A DNA stretch of 64,000 bases from Candidatus Latescibacterota bacterium (GTDB taxonomy: Bacteria; Latescibacterota; UBA2968; GCA-2709665). Position 1 is the first letter of the stretch, and every line of letters begins with the position of its first letter. The notes under the pieces were generated by a model. It made no database searches. It worked only from the letters and a program-made list of their open reading frames with translations, and was not told the origin of the DNA. The stretch spans positions 480,001 through 544,000 of the forward strand of contig CAXXXF010000015.1 in NCBI GenBank assembly GCA_963667175.2. Reading direction: 5' to 3'. Below, piece by piece: positions 28,633-38,628 of this stretch. Made by a program: the position numbers and the translations under genes.

Positions 28633-30015
28633 CTACCGGAAGCGTATGGCGTAGAGGTCGGCCTCTTTCATTGCCACGCGAAGCCGTACCGGCCTCCCGG
28701 CCAGCGCCGACACGTCGGCGCCCCTGTCCCAGCCGACCACCCGCTCAATCTCGTCTCCGAAGATCTCGGCGCTTTCCGAGAGCGTGCGGCCCTCGATGGG
28801 GCTGCCCCGCTCGTCCTGCATCTCGAACCGGATTTCGCCGGCCACCGACGTCGAGTAGTTGACGACCAGTTCACTGCCGGCAAAGGTGAAGGGCCTGGTC
28901 AGGATCTCGCCGCCGCCGAAGGGCGCGTTGACGGAGACGAAACCGTCGGTCCGCAGGACGCCTCGACGAAGCCGGCACGTCGGGTTCCGGTAGTTCTCTA
29001 CGTAATAGATCGAAATCTCCCCGGGTCCGGTGGGCACGACGCCGACGCCGGCGGCCATATTCCGCTCATTCCAGTTCCTTGAGTCCAGACCGGGGCGGAT
29101 GAACGGACCCATAAACCGGCGGTCCCAGCGGATGCCGTCCCGGCTGGCCATGAAGACCCCCTCGGAAAGGCCGTCGAACGCCCATTCCTTGTGGAACTTC
29201 CGGCCAAGCCGCAGCCGCTTGGGGAACATCATGTAGTTGTGCGGAGCGCGAAAGTAGAGGGTCGCCGCGTTGGTGTACAGGTGCTCCTTCCGCCTTCCGC
29301 CCACGTCGATCAGCTCCGGCACGGTCCAGTCCAGAAAGTCGTCCGATTCGGCCCTCCGAATCGACCGGTATACGCCACCCTGAGCCGGGCCCGTACCACG
29401 ATCGCAATCGGTTGTGAACCCCCTCAAGTAGCCGACGTACTTGCGGATATTGACGTCCCAGAAGGCCACGTTGGGGGAGTCGAAGACGGGACGGTCGTCG
29501 GGTGGCGCATGCAGGATCGGCCCGTCCCGGATCAGCTCCCAATGGATGCCGTCGGGCGAACCGTAGCCGTAGATCGTGGAGCGCCCTTCCAGCTTTTCGC
29601 CCCTCAGGAATCCCTTGTACCGCTGCGAGTCCGGCGCGGCCGGATTGGGATCCTTGAAGACGCAGGCGTTCCAGTGCGCGGGGCCCATGACGATGTTGTT
29701 GTCTTTCGAGCCCTCGAACTCGTGGAGCCCGAGGGTTGGACGCTCGAAGTGGATGCCGTCCGGGCTTTCGGCGTAACAGGTCGTCCGGTGCGTTCCATCG
29801 GGGCCGGTGGCGCGGTACCAGAGGCGATAGCGCCCGTCGTCGAGGATAACGTTCGCGGCCCACGACGTCTCCCCTTCCCAGGGTTGGTCGAAGTCGAGGG
29901 CGACCTCAGCCGGCGCCGGAGGATGGAGCTTGAGGCTCGTGTCCGTCATCGTGTCGATCAGCCAGTCGTCGACGAACAGCTCAAGCCTGGTGCCAATGTC
30001 TCTCACGCCAGCCAT
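28633..30015 (-). CDS. Beta-propeller glycoside hydrolase-like protein
   Basis: ELFVDD, YAESPDGIHF, SPDGIHW, SRDGIRW (Asp-box-like), LRTDGFVS; C-terminal ADLYAIRF. Confidence 0.7.
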   Translation of the reverse strand: MAGVRDIGTRLELFVDDWLIDTMTDTSLKLHPPAPAEVALDFDQPWEGETSWAANVILDDGRYRLWYRATGPDGTHRTTCYAESPDGIHFERPTLGLHEFEGSKDNNIVMGPAHWNACVFKDPNPAAPDSQRYKGFLRGEKLEGRSTIYGYGSPDGIHWELIRDGPILHAPPDDRPVFDSPNVAFWDVNIRKYVGYLRGFTTDCDRGTGPAQGGVYRSIRRAESDDFLDWTVPELIDVGGRRKEHLYTNAATLYFRAPHNYMMFPKRLRLGRKFHKEWAFDGLSEGVFMASRDGIRWDRRFMGPFIRPGLDSRNWNERNMAAGVGVVPTGPGEISIYYVENYRNPTCRLRRGVLRTDGFVSVNAPFGGGEILTRPFTFAGSELVVNYSTSVAGEIRFEMQDERGSPIEGRTLSESAEIFGDEIERVVGWDRGADVSALAGRPVRLRVAMKEADLYAIRFR

Positions 30016-30098
30016 GGATCATCCTCCTGACATGCCGCTGGTGACTCTCTATTATGATACGCGCCGATGCCGGAACCGACGGCTTGCAGGCTGGCATG

Positions 30099-31322
30099 CT
30101 AATTCCAATCCACCGGCGAATGCATCTCACCCAGCACGGCCCTTCTCACCCGGTCCAGGCCCTGAATCACCAGCCACCGCCGCATAAGGTCTGTGTCATC
30201 GAAGCGCCGCCCCGCCTCGTTCATGCTCAGCTCTCCCGGCCCTCGGACCGCAATTACCGTAGAGTTCCCGTTGAATGGGCCGATCATCGCCAACCCCACG
30301 CCGCCTTCCGGCGCAACGCGCTCCGCCAGCACGCCAGCCATCGTCCGGTCATCGGCGCTTCGAGGCAATCCGTTGCGCGCGTCCGCCGTCGCCTGCCCGG
30401 CATCGCTCCCGTGCAAGTCCGTGAACACGACGCTCTGGAATCCCGCCTCACCCAACTCCCGCGACAACTGTCCGCCGGTGAGTCCATCCACCACTCCCAG
30501 TTTCAGCTTACGCTGCGCCAGGAGCCTGCCCACGACTTCGGCCACCGTGTCTTTCTCCACACCGTAGACCGCCACGCCCAAGCGGTCCCGGAGTCTGGAT
30601 TCCATACCGGCAATCAGCGCGTCGGCATCCGCTTCCGTATCGGCCCTGGCTGTCACGCGAACGTCGGTCTGTCCGGCGTGCGCCGCCAGGCCGACCGATG
30701 GGTTCGAAGACGCCATCAGGTCGCCGATGCCACGATCGATATTGCTTTCGCCAACCGCGCACGTCCGGAGCACCCGCACCCGGATGACCTTCACCCCGCC
30801 CATCCTTTCCACGAGCAACGGAACGACGGTATGCTCCATCATGTGCGCCAGTTCCCGGGGCACTCCCGGCAGGCAGACGATGAACCCCCGCCCTTCCGTG
30901 TCTTCGCTCAGAAAACACGGCGCCGTCCCAACCGGGTTCTCCAGCGGCAGCGCGCCATCCGGCAGGTACGCCTGCCGCCTGTTGTTTGCGGCCATTTCCC
31001 GACCAAAGCCGCGGAAACGCGCCGCAATCTGTCGTTCCAGATCCTCGCTGTAAACCAGCTTCCGTCCGGTTGCGCGCGCGATCGCCTGCCGGGTCACGTC
31101 GTCAACCGTCGGCCCGATGCCGCCCGACGTAATCACCACGTCCGACCTGTCCAGCGCGAGGTTGAGGACTTCGGTGATGCGCTCTTCGTTATCTCCAACG
31201 GTGGTCTTGTAATAGAGGTCCATTCCGATGTTGCGGAGCGCCACGGCCAGCAGGTTCGCGTTCGTGTCGACGATTTCTCCCAGCAGGAGTTCGGTCCCGA
31301 CCATAACAATCTCAGCGCGCAC
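30099..31322 (-). CDS. cinA: CinA-like protein with degenerate C-terminal PncC domain
   Basis: GTELLLGEIVDTN, GGIGPTVDDVT, NPVGTAP, LPGVPREL. Confidence 0.85.
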   Translation of the reverse strand: MRAEIVMVGTELLLGEIVDTNANLLAVALRNIGMDLYYKTTVGDNEERITEVLNLALDRSDVVITSGGIGPTVDDVTRQAIARATGRKLVYSEDLERQIAARFRGFGREMAANNRRQAYLPDGALPLENPVGTAPCFLSEDTEGRGFIVCLPGVPRELAHMMEHTVVPLLVERMGGVKVIRVRVLRTCAVGESNIDRGIGDLMASSNPSVGLAAHAGQTDVRVTARADTEADADALIAGMESRLRDRLGVAVYGVEKDTVAEVVGRLLAQRKLKLGVVDGLTGGQLSRELGEAGFQSVVFTDLHGSDAGQATADARNGLPRSADDRTMAGVLAERVAPEGGVGLAMIGPFNGNSTVIAVRGPGELSMNEAGRRFDDTDLMRRWLVIQGLDRVRRAVLGEMHSPVDWN

Positions 31323-31337
31323 AATCCCCCCTCAGGT

Positions 31338-32933
31338 TCATCGAAACATCGGCGCGGCGGCCGGTTCGATCGCCACGTTCACGCACGCGGGAAGTCCCGA
31401 CGCCACCGCGTCGTTCAGCGCGGCCGGGAGATTCGCCGCCCTGTCCACAAACGCGCCGTACCCGCCCAGCGCCTCCGCCACCCGTTCGTACCTCGTCGCG
31501 AGCAGATCGCACCCCACGGCACGGTCCGGCCCGTAGGATTCCACTTGAAGCTGATACTCGGCGTTCCACCTCGCGTCGTTTCCGACGATGACGACAACCG
31601 GAAGCCCGTAGCGAAGCGCCGTATCCAGTTCCATCGCATGATAACCGAATGTCCCGTCGCCCAGCAACACGAATACCGTCCTGTCCGGATGCGCCAGCTT
31701 TGCCGCCAACCCCATCGGGAGCGCGCTGCCGATCGCGCCGGACGGGCCGTTGATCAATCTGATCTCGGCCGCCAGTCCCGCCTGCGCCCACTGCCCGAAC
31801 TCCCCGCCATCGCTCACAAAGACGGCCCCTGAGTCCATAAAAGGCTGTACCGCCTCGCACACGGCCAGCGGATGCAAGGGTCCTGCCGTCCCCCGCGACC
31901 GGCTGTCCCACTCCGACGGCGTGGCGCTCCGGGACCTTTCCACCACCGACCGCCACTTCCCGTAATTCCACGACCGCGCGGACGCCCCGGCCGAAAGCCG
32001 CCGGGTCGTCTCCCACGGGTCGGCGCGCTGGCGCAGCGCCACGCTGGCGTCGCCGCGCAACTCACTCTGTTCAGCGTCGATCTGGATGAAACGCCGCTGT
32101 TCGGAAAAGAAAGGCGGCTGACCAAAGCGCAGTGAAAAATCCAGTTTCTTTCCCAGAAGGAGCACGACGTCGGCGCCTGCCAGACACGTGGCCGCCCGGC
32201 GCAGGGCCGGATCGTTCACGCCGCGCGGGCTATCCATGGGCAGCGCGGGAATTCCCGTTATTTCCACCAGTTCCTGCACGGCCGACCAGCGTTGCGCCCG
32301 CGCCATCGCGGGCCCTGCCAGGATCAGCGGCCGCTCCGCATGCCCCAGCATATCCAGCACGGCGTCCGGATCGGCGTCCGCCGCGCCCTTCGTCCGTTCC
32401 GGTTGGGCAACGCTCTTGCTCTTACCTGGCGCCGATGCCTCCAGGACGTCGGACGGCAAACTCAGGTGCACCGGCCCCGGACGGCCGGATACGGCCAGCC
32501 CCAGCGCCCTCGACAGGCCACTTTCAAGATTTTCACGTCTCTCCACCCGCCAGGATGCCTTGGCCACGGGATGCGCGGCCGCCGCCTGGTCCACCTCCTG
32601 AAACGCTCCCCTCCCGATCTGCGCCTCGGGGCAATGTCCGCTCAGCATCACCACGGGAGACTCCGCCATCAACGCCACGTAGAGCGCCGACAACCCGTTG
32701 CAATGGCCGGGGCCCGCCGTCAGCAGCGCGATGCCGGGCTCGTCGGTCAACCTTCCCCAGCCGTCCGCCATATGTACTGCCGCTGCTTCATGCCGTGTGT
32801 GGATCAGTTCGAGTTCCCGCCCGATGGTCGCGTCGTAAACCGAAAGGATCTGATTGCCCGACAGGGAAAACAGATGCCTTATCCCAGCCGCTATCAACCC
32901 TTCGACCAGCACTTCCGCACCGGTCATTGACAT
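31338..32933 (-). CDS. Thiamine-diphosphate-dependent enzyme (acetolactate synthase-like family)
   Basis: RHEAAAVHMADG, TAGPG, GAFQE, GRPGPVHL, GDG...N ThDP motif. Confidence 0.9.
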   Translation of the reverse strand: MSMTGAEVLVEGLIAAGIRHLFSLSGNQILSVYDATIGRELELIHTRHEAAAVHMADGWGRLTDEPGIALLTAGPGHCNGLSALYVALMAESPVVMLSGHCPEAQIGRGAFQEVDQAAAAHPVAKASWRVERRENLESGLSRALGLAVSGRPGPVHLSLPSDVLEASAPGKSKSVAQPERTKGAADADPDAVLDMLGHAERPLILAGPAMARAQRWSAVQELVEITGIPALPMDSPRGVNDPALRRAATCLAGADVVLLLGKKLDFSLRFGQPPFFSEQRRFIQIDAEQSELRGDASVALRQRADPWETTRRLSAGASARSWNYGKWRSVVERSRSATPSEWDSRSRGTAGPLHPLAVCEAVQPFMDSGAVFVSDGGEFGQWAQAGLAAEIRLINGPSGAIGSALPMGLAAKLAHPDRTVFVLLGDGTFGYHAMELDTALRYGLPVVVIVGNDARWNAEYQLQVESYGPDRAVGCDLLATRYERVAEALGGYGAFVDRAANLPAALNDAVASGLPACVNVAIEPAAAPMFR

Positions 32934-33003
32934 GGAATGCGCCCTTCCTGTAACGCCAACGTCCGCGCACTGATGGAACGATCTGTCTTTACCGAACCGG
33001 GAA

Positions 33004-34206
33004 TTACCGGTCGAACATGCCTCTCACCAGCGCGTTCATCTCGCGCGCCCGGTGGAACGTCTCCGCGACTTCCTCTTTCAGGTCTTCCGGCCAGTAGACC
33101 GTACCCTCGCGAACCGTCAGCACCGGCTGAATCATGCGTGCGCCCATCTCCAGGTTGTCGCCCACGTCCCGGAACTCGAACGCGCCTTCCCGCACCTCGA
33201 ACGCTGCCAGGTCCGCTACGGTCCCAACCTTCAACGTTCCCAGTTCGTCCTCCCGGCCGATCGCCGCGGCCGGCGCCGCCGTTGTCTGGTAGACGACCTC
33301 GGGCAGTTCCATTCCGAAGTTCAGCATCTTGGACGCGGTCTCGGGCAGGCTGTAAACCGGATCGTTCAGACAATGCACGTGCAAATCGGTACTGATCACG
33401 TCCGAGGGAAAGCCCTGTGCAAGAGCCTTTTTGGCGACTTCAAACAGGAAACTGCCGCCGCCGTGGCCGAGGTCGAACAGGACCCCTCGCTCGCGTGCCG
33501 CCCACACCTCCGGAATCACCCTTTCCTCGGTACCGAGGATGGTATCGCCGCCGCCATGATAGCAGTGGGTGACAATATCGCCTTCTCGAACCTCTGCCAG
33601 CACGTCCGGAAGCGGAACGCCGGCGCTTGCGTGTACCATCACCTTCGAATTCGAAAGCTCGGCGGCCTTCACCGCCAGTTTCAGGGGGGCCACCCCGTTG
33701 TCCCCCACCTGCTGCCGGCCTTCGCGCACCTTCACGCCCACACAGAGCTCCGGCCATCGACCGATGATGTACGCCGTCCGTTCCGGGTCCGCATACCTCA
33801 GATCCTGCATCTCGCCCACGGGCCCATAGGTCAATCCTATGCCGCTGATATGCACAAATGTCAAGACCTGCGTCCGCGCCGGCGCCGCCACGTAGTCCCG
33901 AAAGCCCATGAAATTCGCCCATCCCGGGCTGCCCGCATCCACGACTGTCGTTACGCCCGTCGCCAGGCATAGCGCATCGGCCTTGATGCCCCAGGTGGTG
34001 GCGCCCGCATAGATGTGGGTGTGGATATCGATCCAGCCCGGCGTCAGAATCTTTCCGCCCAGATCCACCGTTTCTCTCGCGGGCTCCGCGATCTCCTTCT
34101 CCACGGCGGCGATCGTTTCACCGCGGACCGCGACGTCATACACCCCGTTCAATCCCTGGGCGCCGTCGATCACGGCGCCGCCTTTCAGCACCAGGTCGTA
34201 GATCAT
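33004..34206 (-). CDS. Amidohydrolase/dihydroorotase-like metallohydrolase
   Basis: PGWIDIHTH, GVTTVVDAGS, GVKVR, THCY, DLGHG.GSF, ISTDLH. Confidence 0.9.
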   Translation of the reverse strand: MIYDLVLKGGAVIDGAQGLNGVYDVAVRGETIAAVEKEIAEPARETVDLGGKILTPGWIDIHTHIYAGATTWGIKADALCLATGVTTVVDAGSPGWANFMGFRDYVAAPARTQVLTFVHISGIGLTYGPVGEMQDLRYADPERTAYIIGRWPELCVGVKVREGRQQVGDNGVAPLKLAVKAAELSNSKVMVHASAGVPLPDVLAEVREGDIVTHCYHGGGDTILGTEERVIPEVWAARERGVLFDLGHGGGSFLFEVAKKALAQGFPSDVISTDLHVHCLNDPVYSLPETASKMLNFGMELPEVVYQTTAAPAAAIGREDELGTLKVGTVADLAAFEVREGAFEFRDVGDNLEMGARMIQPVLTVREGTVYWPEDLKEEVAETFHRAREMNALVRGMFDR

Positions 34207-34265
34207 ACTCTTGATTCCTTGCTCGAGACGCCGGTACTCCCACGTCTCTTCGGGATCCGGTTGTT

Positions 34266-35000
34266 TCACCGGCGCATGACGATATGGAACCGCTTGAGCA
34301 GCAGAGCCAGGGCCAGTCCGTTTGCCGCAAGTCCTCCCAATCCGTACCAGGCGTATCCTTCTCCAGACACAACCAGCCAGAACATCTTCATCGGCCAGTA
34401 GGTAGGGACCAGACCGGCGAGAAACTGCCAGTCGGACACCACAAAAAATGCGATCACGGGAATTATGGCGATCGCGTTCAGGATCTTTACGAAAGCGAAC
34501 CCGGTTACCTTGTTCTCCGCGAAACCCGCCAGCGCGAGCGCGGTAATCGGGGCATTGAACGAAGCCAACAGCGACACCGCCGCCAGATCGGACAACGAGA
34601 CCGGCATCAGACCGATCAGGCGATAACCGGCAATGGTAATGACAAAGCCGGACATCAGTGGAATCGTGATCCTGTAGGCCAGATACCCGGCCGCCGACGC
34701 GGGTGTGACCATCAGCGCCGTAAGCATCCGGTCATCCCGCTCGTCCAGCAGAAGAAAGCCGATTACCGTGCCGACCATCCCCGGCGCCGTCATTACGTAA
34801 GTGCTCATCAGCAGGGGGTAATACGGCCTCAGATCAAATGCATGGACGTCGAGCAGCCAGTCGGCCAGCGGCGGCAGGCCGAATCGATACAGGGCGGCGA
34901 TCAGCCACGGCATGGCGGCCATCCAGGCCAACAGCCTGTCGCGCTTCACGTTCCTGAAATCAACCCAGCCGAGGGATCGATAGGCAGCCAGCATCTGCAA
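34266..35000 (-). CDS. ABC-2 exporter permease
   Basis: GFLLLDERDD..LTALMVTP, AENKVTGFA; multi-TM. Confidence 0.82.
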   Translation of the reverse strand: MQMLAAYRSLGWVDFRNVKRDRLLAWMAAMPWLIAALYRFGLPPLADWLLDVHAFDLRPYYPLLMSTYVMTAPGMVGTVIGFLLLDERDDRMLTALMVTPASAAGYLAYRITIPLMSGFVITIAGYRLIGLMPVSLSDLAAVSLLASFNAPITALALAGFAENKVTGFAFVKILNAIAIIPVIAFFVVSDWQFLAGLVPTYWPMKMFWLVVSGEGYAWYGLGGLAANGLALALLLKRFHIVMRR

Positions 35001-35015
35001 GGATCGGTACTCCCG

Positions 35016-35726
35016 CTATACGCCCGCCTCGCGGACGACGAATCGGGTAAACCGCCGCCGCGCAACGACAAAGCCGACACCGGTCCATGCAATCGCCGCC
35101 GCGATCGCGAAGGCCATCTCCCCAATGCCGGTCGGGCGAAAGGCCGCCCTCATCAATTCCATGGCCGGCTCCATCGGATGAAGAATGAATATCGACCGGT
35201 CCGCCAGCCCGAAATGAGGCAGCAGAGGCAGCAGCAGCGCGGTCACGTAGAGAACGGAAGGAATCAGAAACGCGTTGATCGAACCATACCTTACAACCAC
35301 GATAAACCCCGCCAACGAGTAAATCGCGCCGAGCGCGAATGCGCCCGACAACAGCAACGCCCAGTTTCCGCGGATTCCCATGACGACCACGACGATCAAC
35401 AGGCTCTCGGCAATCGCCAGCAGCGTCAGCGAAACGACCTTTGAGAATAGATATTCAACGTCTCGAAGCGGCGTAGCCACGAGCGAGGTCAGAATGCCCT
35501 CGCTCTTCTCAATCAGAACCAGACCGCTGATGAAGTAAAACGTCGTCACATAGAGGTTGACTGCGAAAAATGCCGGCACGACGGCGCCGGCATCCGCTCG
35601 CCCGATTCCAGGAATCAGGCTGAACAGCGCTCCCCAGAACAACACCATGCCGACGCCAACCGCATAGAACTTATACCTGTACTGCAACATCGCATCCCAG
35701 CGGAGAACCGAAAACAGGCGCTTCAT
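35016..35726 (-). CDS. ABC-2 exporter permease
   Basis: EKSEGILTSLVATPL..EYLFSK; multi-TM. Confidence 0.82.
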   Translation of the reverse strand: MKRLFSVLRWDAMLQYRYKFYAVGVGMVLFWGALFSLIPGIGRADAGAVVPAFFAVNLYVTTFYFISGLVLIEKSEGILTSLVATPLRDVEYLFSKVVSLTLLAIAESLLIVVVVMGIRGNWALLLSGAFALGAIYSLAGFIVVVRYGSINAFLIPSVLYVTALLLPLLPHFGLADRSIFILHPMEPAMELMRAAFRPTGIGEMAFAIAAAIAWTGVGFVVARRRFTRFVVREAGV

Positions 35727-36577
35727 GTCAACGTTCTCCCGGTCACCTTAACGAAGATATCTTCCAGCGTGGTCTCCTGGGTATGCATCGTCTGAATGGA
35801 CGCGGCGCGCAGGATTTCCATAAACCCCGGATGATCCGCCAACCCTTCCAGAGGGAATTCCGCCCGCTGCAGGCCGCCGTCCGCAAGGGTTTCCACGCAC
35901 AGCGTTCGCCGGCCGTATCGCAGCTTCAACGCCCGCGGCGCGTCGACCAGCCGGACGTCGCCGTCCACGATAAACGCCACGCGATCGCAGAGTTCATCCG
36001 CCACGGCCATATCGTGGGTTGTCAGGAATACCGTGGCGCCGGTGTCACGCTGCTCCCGGATCAGGTCCCGGATCCGGCGGCTGCTCACCGGGTCCAGGCC
36101 CGCCGTGGGCTCATCCAGAAAGAGGAGTTCCGGTCTGTTCAACAGCGCTCGCGCGAAGTTCAGCCTCCCGCGCATGCCCCTGGAAAACTGCCCGACGCGT
36201 TTGTCGCCGTCTTCCTCGAGTCCGACCAGACCCAGAAGGCGCCGCGGAGTTTCCGTTTGCCCTGTGTAGAGGGTGCGGAAATAGCGGAGATTCTCCAGGG
36301 CCGTTAATTTCAAATAGTGGTTGGGGACCTCGAACGAGACCCCGATCCGCTCGTAATAGCTGTTGTCCCACGATCCGAGATCCCGCTCGAAGACCAGAAC
36401 CCGGCCGGTGTATTCCCGAAGAAGCCCGATCAGCACTTTTTGAGCTGTACTCTTGCCCGCCCCGTTGGGGCCGAGGAAGCCGAAGATCTCCCCCTTCTCA
36501 ACCTTGAAGTCGACCGAACGCACCGCCGGCGCCGCCGCGCCCGGATAGACGTAGGTCAATCCCTCGGCTTCAATCAT
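35723..36577 (-). CDS. ABC exporter ATP-binding subunit
   Basis: GPNGAGKS, FSRGM, LFLDEPTAGLDP, TTH. Confidence 0.93.
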   Translation of the reverse strand: MIEAEGLTYVYPGAAAPAVRSVDFKVEKGEIFGFLGPNGAGKSTAQKVLIGLLREYTGRVLVFERDLGSWDNSYYERIGVSFEVPNHYLKLTALENLRYFRTLYTGQTETPRRLLGLVGLEEDGDKRVGQFSRGMRGRLNFARALLNRPELLFLDEPTAGLDPVSSRRIRDLIREQRDTGATVFLTTHDMAVADELCDRVAFIVDGDVRLVDAPRALKLRYGRRTLCVETLADGGLQRAEFPLEGLADHPGFMEILRAASIQTMHTQETTLEDIFVKVTGRTLT

Positions 36578-37143
36578 GAAACGCTCGCACCGCGGACTTC
36601 CGGTTCAACCTGAATACGTTCTCTCTCCGCGCCCGCTTTCGTCAGATATTTCTGAAAGAACTCCCGTGTCGAGAGGCCGGACTCCCTGTATATCCGATGG
36701 ATGTCCACCCGGTCCACGTCGTCTCCCCACGGCCAGATCCGGTCCTGTAGACAGACCACGCCGCCAACCCCGTCGAAGGCGTCCTGAATCCACCGGCGAT
36801 GCCACCAGACGAAGGGTTCCGGCAGGTGTTGAGGCGAATAAAAGCCCGCTTCGATAACCTCCTCCGGTTGCGGTGTCAAACCCTGGCTTCGAGGAACGCC
36901 GGCGAAGACTATCGAATGATTGCCTCCTTCACGCCACCTGGGGCTGGAATAGATCCCCACCAGCCGCGTCAGCTCGATTTCGATCCCGGTTTCTTCCCTG
37001 ACCTCCCGGATTGCCGTTTCGGCAATGGTTTCTCCCGGCTCGCCATTCCCGCCCGGCAGCGCCCACGCTTCGCAGTCCCGTCTCTTGATCAACAGCACGT
37101 TGCCTGAAGTACTGACAACCGCGCTCGCTCCAATGGTCGGCAT
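36574..37143 (-). CDS. NUDIX hydrolase
   Basis: GNGEPGETIAETAIREVREETG Nudix box. Confidence 0.9.
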   Translation of the reverse strand: MPTIGASAVVSTSGNVLLIKRRDCEAWALPGGNGEPGETIAETAIREVREETGIEIELTRLVGIYSSPRWREGGNHSIVFAGVPRSQGLTPQPEEVIEAGFYSPQHLPEPFVWWHRRWIQDAFDGVGGVVCLQDRIWPWGDDVDRVDIHRIYRESGLSTREFFQKYLTKAGAERERIQVEPEVRGASVS

Positions 37144-37187
37144 ACAGTCTCCCTGCTTCGCTGTGCTCAGCCGCAACCGAAACGGCG

Positions 37188-37973
37188 CTACCGGAAGTGC
37201 GGATGTTCCATCACCGCCCGTTCCGCTTCCGTCATGTCCAGAATGTAGTCAGGATACGTCACCTCATGCGCGCCCACCCCGTAGGCCTGAAATCCCGGGC
37301 TGAACTTGTACAGCAGCGCCCGCCGCTGATGGTCGGCCGTCCACGGCAGCGTCCCGTGGGTCAGCGTCTCCGTAAAAATCACCACGTCTCCCGCGCGCCC
37401 ATTGACCTCCACCACGTGTTCCTGGTATTTCTCACCCCGGATCATCTCCCTCGGGCACGCCAGATTCGCCTTGTGGCTGCCCGGCAACACCACCACACCC
37501 CCGTCGCCCGGTCCTTCGTCCGCCAGCAGATATTCCACCACGGTCAGCCCGCAGTAGATGCGTCCGCTCTTGAAAAAATACGCCTCTGACAGATCCGGAC
37601 GTTCCACGCCGCCGCCGTGCAGCGTGCCCCCTTCGCAGCCCTTGTCCATGGCAATCAGTCCGGGCCCGTGGTCCAGCCGGTATCCCTTGCCCAGAATCAC
37701 GTGCAGATAGGGCATCACACGGGGATGCACGAGCATCTCCCTGAAAGGTTCGCACCAGGGCCGCTCCCATGCCAGCATTCCGCTCAGATCCTTCCTGTTC
37801 GACGTACCCCCAAGCGCCGGCGCGCCGATCGTGAGCGACCCCTCCCTTTCCCTGAGCTGATCGGCGTGGCGAGCGATCGCCTCGTTGCAGCGGTCGACTT
37901 CCTCCGATGTCAGGACGTCTTTGAGCACCAGGTACCCGTTCAGATCGAATAGATATTTCTCATCGTCGGTCAT
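37188..37973 (-). CDS. PhyH-family Fe/2OG enzyme with HxG motif
   Basis: FDLNGYLVL, LHGG, VLPGSHK, GDVVIF...THG, RR. Confidence 0.88.
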   Translation of the reverse strand: MTDDEKYLFDLNGYLVLKDVLTSEEVDRCNEAIARHADQLREREGSLTIGAPALGGTSNRKDLSGMLAWERPWCEPFREMLVHPRVMPYLHVILGKGYRLDHGPGLIAMDKGCEGGTLHGGGVERPDLSEAYFFKSGRIYCGLTVVEYLLADEGPGDGGVVVLPGSHKANLACPREMIRGEKYQEHVVEVNGRAGDVVIFTETLTHGTLPWTADHQRRALLYKFSPGFQAYGVGAHEVTYPDYILDMTEAERAVMEHPHFR

Positions 37974-38080
37974 GTCATCCCTCCTCGGGTTCCTTCAGTG
38001 AGACTTCAGCGCAGAGTACGCGCCTGTCAATTCACGCTGCGTGCGTGCGGCCAGGGGTTGAAATCCCCCGGCGTTCACGA

Positions 38081-38623
38081 TCATTTGTACATCTGAATCG
38101 AGAACATCCCATAGCCATGCCGCTCATAGAATCGAACCGTGCGCATCCAATCCACGTTATTCGAACCCACCATCGAGCGGTTGATTCCTTCCGACTCCGA
38201 TCTCGCCAGCAACGCCGCGACGAGCCGGTCTCCAACTCCCTTTTCGCGGTGGTCATCATGGACAAAGACCTCGTGAACGTCCAGGTATCGCTCGCACTCG
38301 GGTTTGAATATCGAATGTTTCCCGACTTTCACGACTCCCGCGGCGTACGCGATGACGACACCTTCATGCTCACCGACCAGAAAATAGCCGCCGTCAAGCC
38401 AGGACTGAAGATGCTTGTCGCCTTCCACCAACGCGACATAGCCGATTGTACAACCTTCCTCGGCCCAAAGTTTCGACAAACCTACAACAGCGGGCACATC
38501 GTCAGTCCTTGCCTGCCTGATTTGATATCCCAAAGCGTCCGTCACCTTCTTCTCCGGATCTGGAAATCCCCCTTCGACGCGACCTTCCCCTCCAGCACCT
38601 TCGCCCCGATCGCCATTTGACAT
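38081..38623 (-). CDS. GNAT acetyltransferase
   Basis: VFVHDDHREKGVG, FYERHGY; start uncertain. Confidence 0.82.
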   Translation of the reverse strand: MSNGDRGEGAGGEGRVEGGFPDPEKKVTDALGYQIRQARTDDVPAVVGLSKLWAEEGCTIGYVALVEGDKHLQSWLDGGYFLVGEHEGVVIAYAAGVVKVGKHSIFKPECERYLDVHEVFVHDDHREKGVGDRLVAALLARSESEGINRSMVGSNNVDWMRTVRFYERHGYGMFSIQMYK

Positions 38624-38628
38624 TCGCC

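Noticed and set aside
30054-31832. Long antisense ORFs (592 aa here; also 13624-14964, 17224-18513, 27086-28354)
   Set aside because: Shadow frames of well-supported opposite-strand genes in GC-rich DNA; no motifs.
34266-36577. Specific fluoroquinolone-resistance call for the ABC-2 exporter
   Set aside because: The architecture resembles such exporters, but substrate cannot be inferred from sequence.
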